DNA from: Ascidiella aspersa
Taxonomy: Eukaryota
DNA: 64,000 bases
Direction of reading: 5' to 3'
NCBI GenBank assembly: GCA_963924565.1
Contig: OZ004613.1
Coordinates: 28,086,001 to 28,150,000 of the forward strand
How positions within the stretch are numbered: the first letter of the stretch is position 1; each line of letters opens with the position of its first letter. This document shows positions 59,401 through 64,000 of the stretch, piece by piece. Position numbers and translations under genes: made by a program. The notes beneath the pieces were generated by a model. That model was not told where the DNA came from, ran no database searches, and worked only from the letters and a program-made list of their open reading frames with translations.

Positions 59401-61189
59401 GCGCACTTGGCCTTGTAAATTGCCGGTGACCCATCTTTCACTGATGCCCCCCAACCGTGACGTATTTGGGGTCAATGGCGCACCTGGGGCCGGCGGCTGG
59501 GGTCCCCTGGGGCAGAATGATCGATGGGTTTTTTTGTTGTTGCCAGTTTGGGCGGTGAATATTGCGCAGAGGCGCAAAGCAATAAGGACTTTATGTTTGC
59601 AAAGGATTGTGTGTTCTTTCTTCCTTGAATTTTGGAATGCAGCTTTTTGTAAGTTCCGCGTAATTTTAAAGGTTATTTCGGGAAACGTTTTTCAACACAA
59701 AGACTAAAGCGGTTATATTCGATAAAATCGCCATTTCGCTGCTTCCAAACGTATCGGCAATACCTCAATCATCAGTGTAAAAATTCAAGTGCTAAAACAT
59801 TTGTAAACAACGAAATGTTTTTAATAGTCGTTAAAATAATATAAAATGCATTTTAAAGATTTTGCATTTCTACAAAATAAGGTGCAAACCTATACGCGAT
59901 ACTAAGCCTAACTATTTGTCGAACAACACCCACTCACTTTTATAGTTGTTGACGTAAGAGATTTAACCGGCTCTATTTGACGGTTTGGTACTCACACATC
60001 TAAATTCAGTTTCCCATATGTAATTCGCATCTCTTAATTTAGTCATTTTTCATTTGGGCATTGTTTAGCATTTGACTATTTATTCCACGCTATGTGACGG
60101 TGATGAATAATTAACGTAACATCGGCCGTCACATTTACTACAAATTTGGAAAAAATTATATGGTATTAGTATGATTCCTGGTCGTAAAGTGAAGATTAAT
60201 AGTATATTTTAGTAATAAAAAAAATTAGGCGTTTGTGGGCCACCTACGACATTGCACGAGGATTTTTTTTAAAAAAGTTTTATTTTTTACAATTTAATTG
60301 TCAAGTCGAGGACGCCCAAGTCAACGCCCTTTACACGTCCCTGGCTAATAACTTGCGTCAATACAAACGCCCCGCCGTTAATGCGCATTAAAGCGGGTCC
60401 AAACTTTGCGAAGAGAGAAAATTCGACGGCCGGAGAACGTGAGAAAAGTCGCCCGTAAAAGAATTCGCACCCTTGGGGGTGTTTCGGGCCAGGACGGGGG
60501 GGTTGTTTGCCGAACGTGCCGGAGAAGCGCCAGGCACGGGGGTCCCAGGGGCGCTTTGATATCGGGCGCGAATGGATACAGCACGCAAACCCCCTTTTTA
60601 TGGGGTTAGAAAGAAGCGCGCAAGACGACGGACAAATTACAGTCGAACAAAAATCCGCAACTGTTTTTCGTGATGTGGCCGCTATTAAAGAGCGAGCTGT
60701 GACAAAAGGGCCGCGAGCACGTTTGGTCAACACATTTGTAACAACACTGCTTGTGTCACATCAGCACCTACTCTTAACGCCCTTTTGAAAGGGAGGGGCG
60801 ATTTAGAGTGGACAGTGGCTCAAGGGCTTTTTAGACGCTTGTGATGAGCGTTAGACCTGTTTCCTGTCCACAACTGAACAAACCCTTACAAGCGAATTGC
60901 TACTTTTCTCCACCGCCTGTCGTCGCTTGTACAACTAATTTAAGGTCGCCGATACATTATGTGGCCCTGGTCTTGGTGGGGGTTCTCGGTATATTTGCAC
61001 AGTTACGCCTGTTGGATGAACTCTGCCGGACAACACCTTGGACGTTTTGGTAAACTCGGGACGTTTTGTTACACCCTGGGGCCTGTTGTTCGCTTTCAGG
61101 GGCAAATATGTTGAACGGAATGTCGCTGACACATTCTTGTGTGCAGCATTTTTTTCCGAAGGCTCGTTTGTGGCCGAAACTATACATTT

Positions 61190-62110
61190 ATCCTAAAACT
61201 CAACAAAAACTGTTACTGCTTTTATTTAAAACCTCAGTATTTATTTTTGCTTTACTCACCAACGCATTGGAAAGTAAATTATTTTATTCTGTAATTTCAT
61301 TTTTTTAACAAATTTGTAAAAACATTACCGAAGTAACCAGGTAATTAGTTCGTTTTTAAAAAATAGGAAACAAACAAACTGTTACTTTTTTTAGGTATAA
61401 AACCCCAGCAATCTATTCGGTCTTAATGTAACACAAATCTCACTGACATTTTGCTGTGTGCAACATTTACATACAACAAAATCTGTTTTTTTTTTTTTAT
61501 TGTTCTCCTGGCATAGATTTATATAATAGAAACAACCTTTAGATTTGCCGGAAGAACAATTTTATAAGTGATACAATGCCTGGCAGCAGTAGAATATTCA
61601 AAATCTCTTTTATTTATTACATTACATTTTCCAAAATGTGATAAAAACTATTACCTTTTTTAGTGCAAAACTTCAGTAATTATTTTTTTTATTACCGACA
61701 CACTCCAGACAAAAAATATTTTCTTTTATACGTTATTTTGCTCACGTTCTCAACAGATCACGATATTTTTCCTGTGAAACCCATATTTTTCTTTGCCAAA
61801 CAAACTAGTAAAAACTTATATAACCAATTATTTTATTGCTCTTACATGGTTATGGTTCAACAAAAATCTCACTAACATATTGTTATGTACAACACTTACA
61901 CATAAAACATGTTTTGTTTGTAAAATTACATTTTTCAAAACCTGATAAAAATATTACGTTTGTATTGTAAAACCTCAGTATTCATTTTTGCCTTAGTAAC
62001 ACACTCCAAACAAAAATTATTCTCTTCTATAGGCTACGTTCGTTTGTTAACACACTTCAAAAGACTATAACCTTTATGCTGTAAAACCCATATTTTTTTT
62101 TAAATATTAT
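61190..62110. repeat. Degenerate tandem repeat with units of a few hundred bp
   Basis: Recurring aaaacctcagtatt, cacactcca.acaaaaa, aaatctcact.acat, attacattttccaaaa. Confidence 0.55.
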
Positions 62111-64000
62111 CTTATTAACTAGGAGATTTGTTGTCTTGTAGGTGCCAATGGTGTTAATTGTGGCCAGCATTTTTCAAACCGGAAGAGCAACTTTTTAGTA
62201 TAAAACCTTTGTTTTTATTTTTGCCTTTAACATCAACACAGTATACGTTCTATTACACAATACATCACAAAAATAACACTTTGCTTTAGAGCGCGTCTTT
62301 TTTATTTTCTGAAACAATTTTTTTCGCAGCACTGAACTACCTAGTGGATTTTAAATGCATATAATAACAACAACGCCTACAAAATGGCAAGCAAACTACG
62401 CTAAGAATATGTACATTATGAAGGTGAATATAAATCAGCTATAGTTAAGAACACAAAATGACAATGTATACTTAATACTTATGTTGTAAACAGAAAACCC
62501 GTTCCGTTTAAAATTTTACACGGAAGAAAATAGTTGCAAGATCAAAGAGCAATAGTAAAACAAAACGCGTCGATTGTAAAAAGGCGTTTTACACTGTTAC
62601 ATCACAATCAAAGGTGGATATAGCCAACAGAGTGAAAAGCTACAGTTGCTAGTAGACTTTGTTGTGGGATGTATTTAGTGCCGCATGGCAGGTTTTTATG
62701 ACCAAGAGCCTTTGCACAAATCGACCCCTTGTAAAACACCCACTTAAGGGAACAATATTACTTCAAATGTGCCCAGAAACATGCGCTCGTTAGTTGAAAA
62801 TTTACCTAAATAGACCCCTTTAAAAACTGTAACAGATACCTTTGAGGTGAATACTTTGGTGTTTAAATGGTCCTTAGCCACTTTTTTGTTTCGTTTTTTT
62901 ATTTTAATTTTTACGACAACACGAACAAGAGTCTGTAGTCGAACTTAGGAAAGTTATTCATAGTAAAAACGGATGTATTTGAACGTGAAAATAGAAATGA
63001 CGTCATATGGTATCAGATCGCGTTACTTTTTATTTAAAGCGTCAGACATACCTAGTTGGCGACAACATCCGATTAAAAATGTTCTTTCGCAGACATGTTA
63101 TCTTTTTTAAAGATGTTCAAGAACACGGTAAAAACAGTGAAAAAAATCAGAATACCGTATTGCGATGGAAATAAGATTTACCGCATTTCGAGTTAAATGG
63201 GCCAGTCTGTAAACGTATATCTATCGCTTCTTATTAAGTGCTATATTTTTTATCTCTCCTGCGTCCTTTTCTTTCGCTGTATAACTTATTATCGCGTAGT
63301 AAAAAAAATGTGGACAAACATTTAACTCGCCCTTTTTTCTTCCGTACTCGTTTTATTGCGCCCTGATATGAATAAAAAACAACAAGTAAAGAAAAACATG
63401 TGAACAAACACATTTGAGTCGCAACCATCTTACCGGGGGGCTCTGAGGACCCCTAACCCCATTTGGGGCGAATCAAATACCCCAACGTCGCCAAAATGGG
63501 GTTCTTTTGGACCCCAAAATCTAACAAGTAGCAGGCGTATAACACAGGCTGTACAAACAAGTACTTTTCCGGCGCTTTTAGCACCCTGGGTGAGCGGGGT
63601 ACAAGCTGACCCATCTAACCCCCCTTAGGGGCCGCAATTAGGCTGGGGCAATCGACCTTGTGTGATCGCTGTTGTTTACTTGTTGACGCGCTTTGCGAAA
63701 TTTCAAGGGGCTGAATTGGACGCTTCGTTAACCAAGCGACGAAGAAGAGCGATAGGTTTTCCTGCTGTGAGGATTTTTAGCCGAGATTTGCTTTTGCGTT
63801 GAGAAACCTATTTAGAAATTTTAACTTTAAAAACTCTTCGCTAGATCTCAAATCATCGCTCTAATCAACAATTAATTTAACATCTGATCGGCACCGATAC
63901 CACTCTAGTACAGGACGAGTACTGATACTAATACTTTGTATCGGGTATAGGCTCCAAACCAATATTATCAGACATTCCTACCACTGTGAGGGTCAGCCTA

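Noticed and set aside
59285-61308. Overlapping 65-148 aa ORFs in the GC-rich islands
   Set aside because: Open on several frames because of GC content; no domain or splice chain.

Overview
AT-rich metazoan genomic DNA with spliceosomal introns; an invertebrate, possibly an ascidian tunicate (taxon is inference). Three minus-strand genes can be assembled by hand with consistent intron phases. (1) A RUN+coiled-coil+FYVE gene (RUFY1/2/3 co-ortholog; 18969 to <1, running off the window) with two alternative first coding exons and a candidate in-frame cassette exon. (2) A 4-exon type II membrane O-fucosyltransferase-fold protein (26680-21749, 806 aa) with a long repetitive stem. (3) A 9-exon, 500-aa unrecognised disordered protein (42293-30716) with two LxxIxE motifs. 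About 43-64 kb has no convincing CDS but contains GC-richer, motif-dense islands. Introns and intergenic DNA hold hAT-type MITEs, a tRNA-derived SINE, a dispersed foldback repeat and local tandem duplications. The most notable unexplained structure is three sequence families of small elements, mostly in inverted-repeat form, carrying minimal type I hammerhead ribozyme motifs of the kind described in Penelope-like elements and retrozymes. Two identical intact copies lie in sense orientation on either side of exon 2 of the unrecognised gene.
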